This document shows positions 1-11,203 of a stretch of 64,000 nt of DNA, one piece after another (position 1 is the stretch's first letter; the number at the start of each line of letters is the position of its first letter). The position numbers and the translations under genes are program-made. This DNA is from Phyllosticta citribraziliensis. Lineage: Eukaryota. The stretch covers positions 2,170,001 through 2,234,000 of the forward strand of contig NW_027117341.1 in NCBI RefSeq assembly GCF_038025025.1. The letters run 5' to 3'. The notes below the pieces were generated by a model. The model saw nothing but the letters and a program-made list of their open reading frames with translations, was not told where the DNA came from and did not search any database.

Positions 1-1918
1 AGGATCTAGAAGTAGCGGATGGGCAAAGAGACGGGCTGTTTTTTTGTCGAGGGATGGAGTGTTTTGAAGTGGTGCGGTGTGTTTTTCCACTTCTGGCATA
101 CTCCAGGTGCGACGGCGCAGTGTAGGTTCCGGTCTTTGGAAAAGTGACCATCGTCGAAGATGGGCGACGAAGATGGGCGAAGTAAGATATCTACCTAGCG
201 AACGAGTCTAATGATTAGTACACGATGAGTCTGTGCTCGAATTGGCGATGATGTACTAGTGGTGGGACTGCGGCGTGAATCTCGCAATAGGTGATCCCAT
301 GCTCGTGAGCACTCTGGATGAAGGCTTCTGGACGGTCTTTGGCTCTTGGATTCTTGTCGTGACAGTTTCGACGATGGTGTTTGGCTTTGAGTGATGAAAA
401 CAATTGATGGACGGGATGTCGTGGGGAGGTCTGGTGTGCCCTGCGACCGGGCCGGATGGTGGTGCAGGTGTTGCAGCACCGGCATGACGTCATAGGACAG
501 GCCGCCGCTGAGGTGTGGCCGGGCACTCGGACCCTCCCGACCTGCCGACCTCAACACCAACGCCTTCTCCATCCTTGGAACCAGCAACACTATCGCCATT
601 GCAAATTCCGCGTGGAAAGCCTTGCCATCATGGTCTCGCCAGAGAAAGGGGATGCTCGCCGACTCCGCATTCACCTCGTGGCTCCGAGGATCGGACGGCG
701 TTTGATGGGACCGGGAATTCGACGATCAACACCTTCGCTCAACCCTCGCACGCATATCGCGTGTCTTTCTTGAGTAAACCTGTGCTCGGGATTTGCACAT
801 GACTGTAATCGCTCGATCTTCACTCGCTAGTCACTGAGTTTCCGTTTTCTAGTGGCCTGAACATCTCCGATTCGATTCGACGCCAGACGAGCCAGGAAGA
901 ACAGTCGACCCCACTGGACAGGCACGGGCACTTTGAGAATGCTAGCTCCATTTCAGCATTCCATTGTATCAGATGTCGCATACCCAGCGTGGCTCTCTCA
1001 AAATGACGTCGAATTACCGTCTCGCCGGTTCACCAAATACGTCCCCGGAGATCAATTGCACATTGTCTAGTCAGCTCATCGCCGCCCGTTGACCCCCGGA
1101 TTTGCGCGCAAGCGACCGGATTTCTGGGACCCAGCAGCCGTGTGGGAGCCGCAGGAAGCTTTCTCACACAAATTGCTTCCTTCTGGCCTCCCTGATGGTG
1201 ATCGTGAAGGCCAGAAAGATACTCCACGCAGGGTTTGTTGTCCAAGCGGCAAATCTGGAACCGATTACGCCAAGAGTTTGTTTTGATGTGAATCACGACA
1301 TGTTCGATCTGGGCCCGCCCGAAAGCACTCCCTAAGCGTACCAGCTGCCGTTTTGGCCGACTAAAGAGCATCTGAGACGACCGCCTAAGAATATTGCCGT
1401 TGTTTGCGCCGACCGACTGCCTGCAGACGTTCAAAGGGATACAGGGCCGTTGTGCCTCGGTCGGTTGACTTGCGGAACCCTATTCCACAAGCGGCAAAGC
1501 AACATCTGTCAGATTGTGGGGTCGTGTTTTGCATGCAGACAACAATTTGCCATTTTCACGACGACATTGTCATTTTTCGGTCGAGGCAGCCGTCGAGGCA
1601 GCCACCGAGCAGCACCTCTTCCACGGAACCTTGGTCGAGGTCAGCAACGGCAGTGTTGAAGCAGTGTAAGCTCGCTGAAACAGATGCACTACTCGCGGGC
1701 TAACCATTAGACGTGACCAGAAACGGCCTCTCCAATCCAGGGAGCAGTAGTCGAATCAGTCCCAGCGACGACGTCAACGCTCAGGCCGACATGTGCTGCC
1801 TTGCAACATATGTTAAAAGCATTCCCCACCTTCAATCTCATTCCAGTCAGCGAGCCATTGCCAAGTCCGCCAGGGGCGGTTGTGCTCCTCATCCATTGCT
1901 CCATTCTCCAACCCCGCC

Positions 1919-3545
1919 ATGGCCCTTCCAATTGGTCAGCCAATGACGCAGCAACAGACATTTCAACAGACGGGGACCTTTGTTCAACCGAACTTCATGT
2001 ATTCGAATTGCGCCTTTCCGGGATTTGGTCCGCAGCTTCAGCCGCAGTTCGGCCCGTCACCGCTTCAGCAGCAACTGTTTCAGAAACAGCAAGAGCTGCA
2101 ACAACTCCAGCAGCAACTCCAGCACGAGGTCCAGCAGGCAGAATTGCAGCAGCTGCAATGCCAGATACAGCAGACTCAGCAACAACTGCTGAAGCAACAG
2201 CAGCAGCGCCAGCAACTCCAGCAACGGCTTCCGCAAATTCAACAGCGGCAATCTTTGCAACCGATTCTCCCTGCTCTACCTCCCCATCTTCCCCCTCTTG
2301 CTCTTCCCCCCTGTCCCCCAGTCCCTGCTTGCCCGCCGAAACCCCCTCAGCCCCATCGGGCTCGGAAAATCCAGGGACCGCCGCCATTATCGAAAGGTGT
2401 CGCTCTCCTCAATGAGCAGAGGACAGCCCACTCCAACCGCAACCGACACACCATATGCTCGCCCTCAACTTCGCAATTGCACTCACTGCAGGTCAGTCCG
2501 AGAACGACGAGTGGGCTTTCGAGCAATGCTGCGCCTTCGAGCAGGGCAACTCCGAGTCGTGAGATGCAGAGGCTGAGCCTCGCATCCCGAACATCCTTCC
2601 ACTCCTTACAGCACAAACGTCTCCTGTCCTCGACGGCACCGAAATACCATCATTTAAACGCTGCAGCTGCCAGCACCACCGCCCTGTTGGACACCAAGAA
2701 CGACAAGACTCGCCCTCCTCCGGTTCCCACGATCCCGAAACACCACCATTCGAATGTTGGAGTTTCCAGAACCACCGCCCTGATGGACTCGAAGAATGTC
2801 AAGCCTTCGGCCGGTCCGATTTCGACGACCCCGAAACACAATTATTTGAAGCTTGCAGCATCCAGTATCCCCACCTTGGTGAGCTCCAAGAATGCCACCA
2901 CTCGCGCTGGTCCGGTTCCAACAATCCCGGACCATCATAATGCGATGTCTGCAGTACCTAGCTCTCCCGTCTTGGCGAAGCCTAAACGCGTGACCATCGT
3001 CACTGGTCCGGCTCCGTCTCGCTACCGTCGTCGAGAAGTTCAGCCGACCATTCCACAAAATGCCGGCATGGACCTTCCAGAACCAGGGCAATCTCCCCGG
3101 CCGAAGAGCGTGCTGAAGAAATGGAAGTCGATGGATCTGATGGGGTACGCAATCAAGCCTTCTCAAACGAATACGCGCTGACCTTGACAGAACTCGCAAG
3201 GACAAGCCAACGCCCTCCGTAGCCTCCAAAGACGGGCGCGCATGGCGTATCTCGGCTCGTCTCGACGGAGTCCGCTCCAGGCTGGGATCGAGTGGTCGGG
3301 AGACCCAACCACTCGAGAAGGAGGCGTTGCAGTCTTCTTTGATCAAGAAGCCGCATACGATGCGAGCTCAGGGGTTCCGCAGGCTCACCGGCTTTGTGAA
3401 GCCGAAGACCGAGGTCACCTCGGATAGCTCGTCCCTCGCCAGCATTGAGGCTACCACCGGTGGTAGCCTCACCACCGACAGCACGCCGCCCTCGTCGATT
3501 ATGACGTGCGAGGGCGAAAAGAAGATACCCAAGTTGATGTTTTAA
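1919..3545 (+). CDS. Hypothetical low-complexity protein: Gln-rich N-terminus, Pro-rich linker, four 32-aa repeats; two exons
   Basis: ATG at 1919 lies within ORF 1880..3181. A predicted intron at 3145..3190 (GTACGC...GCTGAC...ACAG) joins it in frame to ORF 3327..3545. No domain recognised. Confidence 0.6.
2630..3013 (+). repeat. Four coding tandem repeats with a 96-bp period
   Basis: Units start at 2630, 2726, 2822 and 2918: STAPKYHH..TTALLDTKN..PPPV / PTIPKHHH..TTALMDSKN..AGPI / STTPKHNY..PTLVSSKN..AGPV / PTIPDHHN..PVLAKPK..TGPA. Confidence 0.8.
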
Positions 3546-4637
3546 TAGCGTGTCCTTCGTTGACGTCTGTCGTTAATGTCGTTACGAAGTGTAACTGGGT
3601 TTCTTCTCCTGTCCGCGTGTTCTTGTCCCTGTTGGCTTGTCTCTGTTCTCTTGTGTATGTTCCCGGGTCCTCTTCTTTTGTGACTTTTTCATGAAAAGGT
3701 GAGTTGGCATTGTTCCACTGTTCATGTTCCCTTCTCAGTGCCCTCTGTTTTCTGTTTTACAGGACATCTTCTCTCATTCTTTTCATCCCGTCCCCATTCA
3801 CTTCCCCATACATTCGTTACGCCGTGGCACCTTTTGCTGGATGCCTTTCGTTTTTGTTTAATCTGTAAGTAGTCTTGAACAAATGGGTCATTTCTCATTA
3901 ATCCACTTCCATCGTGCATTGAGCGAGCACTCATGTCCATAAGAGAGCCCCGTGACTGGCCGCGCCTCGATCGCGTCGTAGACAGCTGACAGCACAGTTG
4001 GACATGTGGCACCTGGCCGCAAACCAAGGCTCGCAGAAATCGGCTCGAACTGAGTGCCAACGCAGGAACCCCGTCTTGTTGTTCTGAGGTGATGCCACCT
4101 GCCACCACGGCAGCCCCAGACAACTCCCTCGCCTTCCACTGTCCCGCTGATCGCTCACTGAAAATAGAGCGGAGAGTTACTGGCCGAGCTCGTCACCACA
4201 GCGCGTCTGCAACTTGTCCCACAGCTCAACGTCCTGCTCAACTTGTCCGACAGCTCAACGTCCTGCTGCGCGCGGAGCAGTGCGTCGTCAAGGACTACAA
4301 AGTGTCGCGGCAAAGCAAAGCGGATTCATCAACGGACGGATGCCCCAGGCAAGAACAAGACACTGTACGCAACGAGACGCTTTCATGCCATGTTCGCTGT
4401 GGCGACAGCTCCACGGCAGTAACCCGCTGGGTCTCTCTTTCTCCTTCAGACAGCGCGGTCGATAACCTCTTCACCTTGCGAGCGCTACTCCCTCTCGTTA
4501 CCCAACATCAAACACGGAACAGTATAGTACTCTCGAATCCGTCGCGCAATTCTTTCTTCTGCACATCTTTACCAAGTGCCAAATCATTCTAGCTTTTTCG
4601 GCGACACCCCGTTTATCACCCATCACCGTGGATTGAA

Positions 4638-5351
4638 ATGGAAGACGCCATGGCGATGCCAGAAATGTCCGAATCTCGCGCCAGTTTCGTCGCTGTCTGC
4701 GATGTGTGCGGTGGAGCCAAGGTACAACACCCTCAGAGCTGCGACTATGCAGCGCGACGCAGAAGAAATGCTGACGGACCGTCTTCTCCTGCTCAGTATC
4801 GCGCCCCAAATCCATCACAGCCGCTTTCCATCGAGATGCTGGAGGCGCAACCTCTCCAATCCACCCCGTCTTGCGACGAGCTCTCCACTTTCGACGAGAA
4901 AAAGGAAACCGCTCCAACCAACAGTGCGCCCTCAACGACCAGGCGAGTGCTCCGCAAGCTGTGTCTCAGCGAATCGCTGTTCGAAAGCCTCAATACCGCC
5001 CTCTTGGACTACAACTTGTGGTTCTACATCCCCAATTTCTTCCACTTCCTCGCATTGTGGTTCTTCATCGGCGGCTTCGACTACTGCATGTGGCGCTACG
5101 TCGGCAGATCGAGCCACAGTCAACCTCATCAGCGCTATTTCCCTGGTCAGACGAGCCGGACGAGGGACGTGGTGGTTCCTGCTTGCTTTGTGGGGGCCAT
5201 TGTTGCGGCTTTGTGCTTGTCACTCGTTTGGCCGAGCTGCGGCGCAGACGTTTGTCGCTGGATGGTGGCGCATGGTTGGCGGTGCGATTTGTTTTGGAAT
5301 CCTTGGTGCTTTTGTTGGGAAACTTGTCTTCAGGGCACTGGTCGTGTTTGA
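4638..5351 (+). CDS. Hypothetical Cys/Trp-rich membrane protein
   Basis: 237-aa ATG-initiated ORF with two hydrophobic segments (FFHFLALWFFIGGF; VVVPACFVGAIVAALCLSLVW), an N-terminal CDVC..H..C motif and a Cys-rich tail. Overlapping ORFs exist in other frames. Confidence 0.4.
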   Translation: MEDAMAMPEMSESRASFVAVCDVCGGAKVQHPQSCDYAARRRRNADGPSSPAQYRAPNPSQPLSIEMLEAQPLQSTPSCDELSTFDEKKETAPTNSAPSTTRRVLRKLCLSESLFESLNTALLDYNLWFYIPNFFHFLALWFFIGGFDYCMWRYVGRSSHSQPHQRYFPGQTSRTRDVVVPACFVGAIVAALCLSLVWPSCGADVCRWMVAHGWRCDLFWNPWCFCWETCLQGTGRV

Positions 5352-6089
5352 GCAAGTGTGATTAGTCCGCGAAGACAAGCAAGACATTCTTTGCCCGGGG
5401 CTTGGGGAACATGAGGTATCCATAGAACAGAAAATCCCAGAGCGTCTACTCCAAATTAGATGGTGCAACCATATGCGCATTGAGCACACGGCACAGGAAC
5501 AAGATTGGCTTACATTAAATGCCAGTCAAATTAAAAGAAAGTGTTCATGCCGCTTCGAGACGGCAGGTTTCGCTACAGAAGACGCTTGAAGGGAGGCAGG
5601 CGTACATCCAGAACGTTGTATGTGTGTGTGGTGTTGGACACGACATGTAGCTGGAAGGTCTCTCAGACGCCCCAAAGTCAACAATTCAGATTACCCCTTT
5701 TGGTAAGTCGGGAGTCTGCTCCAATTTCAAACGACTGAAGATTCCGGTAACGCCAGATGTCGGCGATCTGGCGTTGTCGTCTGGAGTCTCGGCGCTATCA
5801 TTCAGAGCAGTTCGGCGTTGTTTTCTGACAGTTTCGGCACTAAGGTATCAGTAGACCAGTACCCGGCCAAAAACGCCGCCAGCATAAGGCCAGTTCAGGG
5901 GGCCAGGTCAGGGCCGCTGGCCAACCGAAGCGACTTTGACGACGTCTGGTCCAGGCTTTCTGGCGGTATGGTAGCGAAGTGTCGTCGTCTTGACGGACGT
6001 GGTCGGTCCTGTATCTTTGCCTGGTCCGGTCGAGTGTGAGAGGTCCGCGGCGGACCAATTTCAGCATCGTAGCTGGACCAAAACCGTTC

Positions 6090-6679
6090 AGACGTTTGAA
6101 GTTGCTCGAGTTGCCCGATTCGGCCGTGCGGAGTTTTCAGAACTTCTGACGTCTAGGAAACGAGAATCAATGATAGATATCTAATAGTGAGGTTCATGTA
6201 GACGTTTAAAGTCGCTCGAGTTGCCCGATCAGGCTGCGGAGGTTTGCTCGAACAAATTTCTAGGTACGTGAAGAGAAGTGAGAATGATATGACAGAGTGA
6301 GGCTGTTGCAGACGTTCGAAGTTGCTCGGGTTTCCCGATTGGGCTGTACGGTGTCTGTAGAACCTCACCTGGCAGACGTCTAAGGCACCAAGGTCAGTGA
6401 CGGTGATTCAATAGTGAAGCTTTCGCAGACGTTTGAAGTTGCTTGATTTGCCCGATTAGGTCATGCGGACAATAGGGAGTCAGTGAAAGTGATGTGATAG
6501 TGAGGTTCATGTAGACGTTCGAAGTCATTTTGGTTGCCCGATTCGGTCATGCGGACTTGCAACTCTAAACGTCTAGATAGAGAGAATCAGTGAGAGATTC
6601 AATAGTGAAGCTTTCGTAGATGTTTGAAGTTGCGCGTGTTTCCCGATTGGGCCATGTGGACTTGCAACCTTGAACGTCT
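6090..6679. repeat. Degenerate tandem array of six units of ~86-117 bp, each with a conserved self-complementary core
   Basis: A core close to AGACGTTYGAAGTTGCTCGNGTTKCCCGATTNGG starts at 6090, 6200, 6310, 6427, 6513 and 6618. Most units close with an inverted arm (ACGTCT). Purine-rich linkers end in AGTGAGGTTCATG or AGTGAAGCTTTCG. Confidence 0.9.
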
Positions 6680-6987
6680 TAGCGAAAAGCCTCACTAGTA
6701 GTGATTTCATAGTAGTTGTATTCAATGGTTCACATTGCGCACGTGCTTGGGATTGACTGACTACAGGTACGGACTAGCTGCACACGACTCACCCTCAGTA
6801 GAGGCAGTCCATCAGCGATCAAAACAGAGAACAAAGAGAATGGGGCAATTAAAAACTGCTTCGTACTGTCTAGCAGCCTCAGAAATCGAAGAGAAGCAGA
6901 GAGACAAGACAAGCAAGGGAACTACTAGTGAACATGCTCACTCAGGTGCGTTCACCTCGAGAGAATCGACATGATGGTGACCAGCCT

Positions 6988-8493
6988 TCATTGTTGTTTC
7001 AATCTCCGGTTAGAGAGCGAGATTTTGAGGCCCAAGTACGCATTGACGGCTTCTTTGAACCCCTCACAAATTGGACAGGGTTCGTTGCTCACAAGAATAT
7101 TGGCTTGCGTCAATCTGACAGGCGGTGAGATCTCCGCCAACTGTTGGAGCTCAATCCTTTCTTTGATTGTTGCTGGTACAAACGCATGGTGAGCGGCCAT
7201 GAACGTGATCAGCTTCGCCTCAGCGTGACAGGCATGATAGCGCCCGGGTTGACCGTGATCCCTCTCGATGTTCTTTGGGAATTCAAAGCCAATAAGTCCA
7301 CCTAGATACATTGCCGATTCTGTCCAGTTGCTAGGGAGCTGGAAAATGTCGGTACGGAAGTCGTACCAACGCCCCCAACCGCTTGTTGCGGCGACATCTG
7401 GGGATCCGCCGGGGCGTTTGAGCACTGCGATGGTCTTTGACGTATTGTCGGGGAAGAAGTCGCTGACAGTTTTGGACAGCCTTATCTGCCATTCCCAATT
7501 CCCCTGACTCTGTTTCTCGAAAACATAGTCTTCTGGCGACTCTCTCGGGCTTGGCATTGGAATTGGGCCCTTGTCGTCAACAAGCAAGTGACTTTTGATC
7601 TTCCGGGCCATTTTGGAGTGTTCGCTATTGTCAAGGATTTCTGGGAACATACCGATCCTCGGATCCAAGCCATTCGCGTAATCCATGGCCGTATAGTGAA
7701 AAACGTTACGGAGGGCTTTATCCGCGCAATGGTTTACAAGATGCCAGGCATTATCGAAGTGTAGGTTCCGAACAGCAAAAATAAGAGGCGTGTCGTTCTT
7801 CGAAATAACCCGGATTTCAGGCGTACTCAGATCTTTTTCACATTGTGCGTTAACATCTGCTCCGTATTTGAGCAAAATCTGCACGATATTAGGATATGGC
7901 TGCTGCGCTGCGAGTCCCAGGGCCGTGTTTCCATCTGACATCTCAGTGTGAAGCAAAGCCTTGGAATTGCCGGAGGTTTCCAGGAAATGCTTCAAGTAGC
8001 GGCAATTCCCTCGACCCATTTCCTCCAGGACAAGTTCGAATTTTCGTTTGCGTTCTAACTCCGGGGTTCGAGTTTTGTCGCAGGTAGCATCGAATTCATG
8101 CTTCTCAGCAGCGTCAGAGGGTCTTTGATCACTGCTGTCGATATCCAATCTTTCAAGTCTTTTCGTAAGGTCGTCCGGTTGATAAGATATGCGGGATCGA
8201 AGACTGGCAACAATGCCATCCATACCAAGAGCGACAAATCGCGCCTTCTGCTTGTCGATTACATACCAAGCCGTGTTATTTTCTTCCGAGAAGGGAAATT
8301 CGAATCGAAATCGGAGCGGTGGGTTTCCAGCCACAGCCATCTCTTCAGGAGCCGGCTGCGGTGTCTTGTACGCAGAATCGTCGAAGGGAAAGCTGCGCGC
8401 GTGGCTTTCCTCGCAAAATGGACACAAGTAGTGCGCAAAAATAGTGGCCGCGTCCCACCAGATCACCTGGGCGGCCAGCGTGATAGGTTGCAT
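6988..8493 (-). CDS. Ankyrin-repeat protein with a C-terminal Zn-dependent deaminase domain (SsdA-like/DYW-like clade); intact copy 1
   Basis: Single 501-aa ORF. N-terminal VIWW..CPFC..H motif; ankyrin repeats (GNTALGLAA..IVQILLKYGADVN; DTPLIFAV); deaminase signature CHAEAKL...VSNEPCPIC (HxE...PCxxC). Confidence 0.85.
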   Translation of the reverse strand: MQPITLAAQVIWWDAATIFAHYLCPFCEESHARSFPFDDSAYKTPQPAPEEMAVAGNPPLRFRFEFPFSEENNTAWYVIDKQKARFVALGMDGIVASLRSRISYQPDDLTKRLERLDIDSSDQRPSDAAEKHEFDATCDKTRTPELERKRKFELVLEEMGRGNCRYLKHFLETSGNSKALLHTEMSDGNTALGLAAQQPYPNIVQILLKYGADVNAQCEKDLSTPEIRVISKNDTPLIFAVRNLHFDNAWHLVNHCADKALRNVFHYTAMDYANGLDPRIGMFPEILDNSEHSKMARKIKSHLLVDDKGPIPMPSPRESPEDYVFEKQSQGNWEWQIRLSKTVSDFFPDNTSKTIAVLKRPGGSPDVAATSGWGRWYDFRTDIFQLPSNWTESAMYLGGLIGFEFPKNIERDHGQPGRYHACHAEAKLITFMAAHHAFVPATIKERIELQQLAEISPPVRLTQANILVSNEPCPICEGFKEAVNAYLGLKISLSNRRLKQQ

Positions 8494-9067
8494 TGCTGCG
8501 GGTTACCTCTGCGCCAGAAGTGTGAACTGAAGCAGGGGCGAGAAGCAAGAGAGGGAGACAGAGCATCACCGGGAGGGCGAGAGAATTAAACAGCGAGTTT
8601 CTTCAAACCTAAATCGACGTGTCCAAGAGTGGGGACGCGATCCAGAAGGTTGTGCTGCCAGCTAAACTTTGCCAGAATCATCAACCCAGTTTAGCACAAC
8701 CAGTACAACTATCATACCACAAACAGTAGGTCGCTCATGTAACTACCTTTCCGCTCACAATACAAGCTACGAATTAGAAAATCCAGAAAACAAGCTCGCA
8801 AACAATTTAACAAACAAGGGAGCTTGACACAAGCCATATGTCTATCAGAAGCTCGAGAAGACGAGCAGCAGGTAGATCCAGATTCAGCCGCGGCCGGCAG
8901 ACCGCACAGTGGATCGACCAGGCACCAAGTTCGTGAACCCGTAAGAGGAAAAGCTGCCGATGTAGAGACGGAGGAGCTGTATATTCAGTTGCAAAGCAAA
9001 CAGCGGAGAGCTGCGTGGTGGGTTGATCCGCGGTCGTCACAGCGACATTGCCGCTGCATTCTGATTG

Positions 9068-10678
9068 CTAGGACTCGATTGAGCATGTCATCAAATCCAG
9101 CAGTGTCCTGACATCTGTTTCAAGATACTGCCAAGTGCCATCGGCAGAATAATCGTTGCGTAGAGGGACTTGAACGATTACTGGCCGACGCTCTCGGCTG
9201 TCACTGGCGGGTTCCGTCGGATTCGATACGGTTGCGTTGATCAAATTGATGTCCAGACCATAGGTCGCATTGACAGCGTCTTTGAAGCGTTCACATTTCT
9301 AGCAAGGGGGTTTGTTTACCAAGATGGTAGCTCGTGTTAACATGCCGTTCTGCGGCGTGGCCTGCTGGAGGTCGCGAAGACCCTTGTTTGCTTGCAGCTC
9401 CGACCGGAGGAAGACGTGCTTGCTGATAAAGAAGGCAATGAGTTTCGGCTCGACGTGACTCGCATGAAATTGCCCCGATCGTGTTTCGTCCCTCCGGTCG
9501 GAGAGAAATGAGAAATCAACGTCCTTGGCGATCCGCATGGCCTCGTTTCTCCAAAATCGACCTGTTGGCATGATTTCCTCTAGGTTGGCTTTGAGTGCGC
9601 CATCTCTCCAGCCACTCTTTGTCGCCATGGGAGGATAGTTGCCCCCACGACTAAGTATTCCAACCGCTTGATGGAAGTTATCTAGGTGAATCTGGGTTTC
9701 AGAGGTCTGGGAGAGCTTGAATTTGAGTGAAGAGATTCTCTCGAAAGACCAATTGGTGGTTTCCTTGATACAAGGGGGCAGTGCCTGTTGCAAGACTTTG
9801 GCGTCGGCGAGAAGATAGTTGACGATGATCTTTCGCGCTGTACTGGCTTCCTCGGTCCACCCTTTGTAGGCTGGCGTGTAGTTTCGCTCGATTTCATTTC
9901 GCTCCGAAGGGCTTGCAAGATCAATAGCGGTGAAGCCATCGATGTCCCGGAGACCCCGGTTCGCGCCACGATCCACAAGAAGCTGCGTAACAGAGTAGTG
10001 TCCCAACAGAGAAGCCCACATAAGCGGAGTCCTTTGTTTATAATCAAGAATGTTGATGGGAGCTCCAAAATCCAACAAGAGCTCCACGATGTCGTAGTGA
10101 CCTTCAATTGCCGCTAGTCCCAAGGCCGTGGAGCCACCTTGGTCGCATCCATTCAGGAAAACTTCGACTTCACTGGATTCCAGCAAGAACAGCGCCACAA
10201 GCCTCCGATTTCCAATGATTACCTCGGCTCTTGCTTCGTCGTCGATGTGCCGAGACCATATCGGATGCGTATCGAACACACTCAACCTCTCCAGCGATTG
10301 CGTCGTAGATGCAAGAGGGCTTGGCTCTGGAGGAGGCGGATCGGCGCCGAGGGCGACGAACCGAAAGTTTTCCTTGTCGATTTCGTAGTCTGACAGAGGT
10401 AGACGGTACTGAAATTGAAATCGTGGATCAAGAAGTAAATGGATTCTCGAGCGCCCGATCGATCCTCTCGAGCACTCGATCAATCCTCTTGGGGGCGTGG
10501 ACAAGCCATGTATCTCTGAGCAGAACGGGCATTTGACGTATGAATGTCTCTGATTCCACCAGAGTATCGGGACAATTGACGTCATTCTGGGTGCGTTAAT
10601 TCCGGTCGCTGAAGCATTTTGAAGAAGTGGATCAGTAGCGTAGACAACTTGAAGCAAGACGGAAGGAGGGGTTTGCAT
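9068..10678 (-). pseudogene. Ankyrin + Zn-deaminase copy 2, with one in-frame TAG (9299-9301) inside PCxxC; pseudogene or recoding/editing-dependent gene
   Basis: ORF 9299..10678 has ILWW..CPFC..H, ankyrins (GSTALGLAA; RTPLMWA; GFTAIDLA) and SHVEPKL. It reads NKPPC-TAG-KCERFKDAVNATYGLDINL, matching copy 1 NEPCPICEGFKEAVNAYLGLKISL. The frame stays open for 76 more codons to the TAG at 9068-9070. Confidence 0.85.
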
Positions 10679-11203
10679 CCAAGGGCCAAGGCGGAAGCGG
10701 GAGGGAGCCTGGAAGATAAAGCTCCAGGAGATGATAATTGACCAGGATAGCCATGCGATGATCGAAGCCAGCTTCTAGCAAGGAATCATCCGCAGGGAAT
10801 GAGCCATTGTAGATACAACGACAGGCCAAATTGGCGGGAAAGAGAGAAATTGGCAATAACCAAAACATGAGTTATAGACACGCGCCGAGGCTGTCAGAAG
10901 AGCGATAAGAGGAGCGTTGAATCTAAAAAGAAGCGGTGGCTAGCTGGTCAGATCGCGGATCAACCAGGCACCAAGCCCGTGCTGTAGCCTACGGGACAAG
11001 GAATCGAGCTAGAAAAAGACCGGGGAAGGTGGTAGTGTGCTGAGCTGGGGAGCAAGCAGCAGCGACTAGTCTGGTGCATTACTTCGCACCCGTCGCAGCG
11101 ACGCCGGGTCATGGGCTGCGGTCGCAGAGAGTGGAGCTTCGTCGAAAGTGCTGGAAGTGAAGAGCATGACGGCGTCGGCGACGGGGCAGTGAGGCTGGCT
11201 CAC

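Noticed and set aside
195..1700. Short overlapping ORFs as genes
   Set aside because: No recognisable motifs and no consistent exon structure.
6090..6679. CRISPR array
   Set aside because: Eukaryotic context, no cas genes, degenerate repeats, and linkers that are homologous to one another rather than unique spacers.
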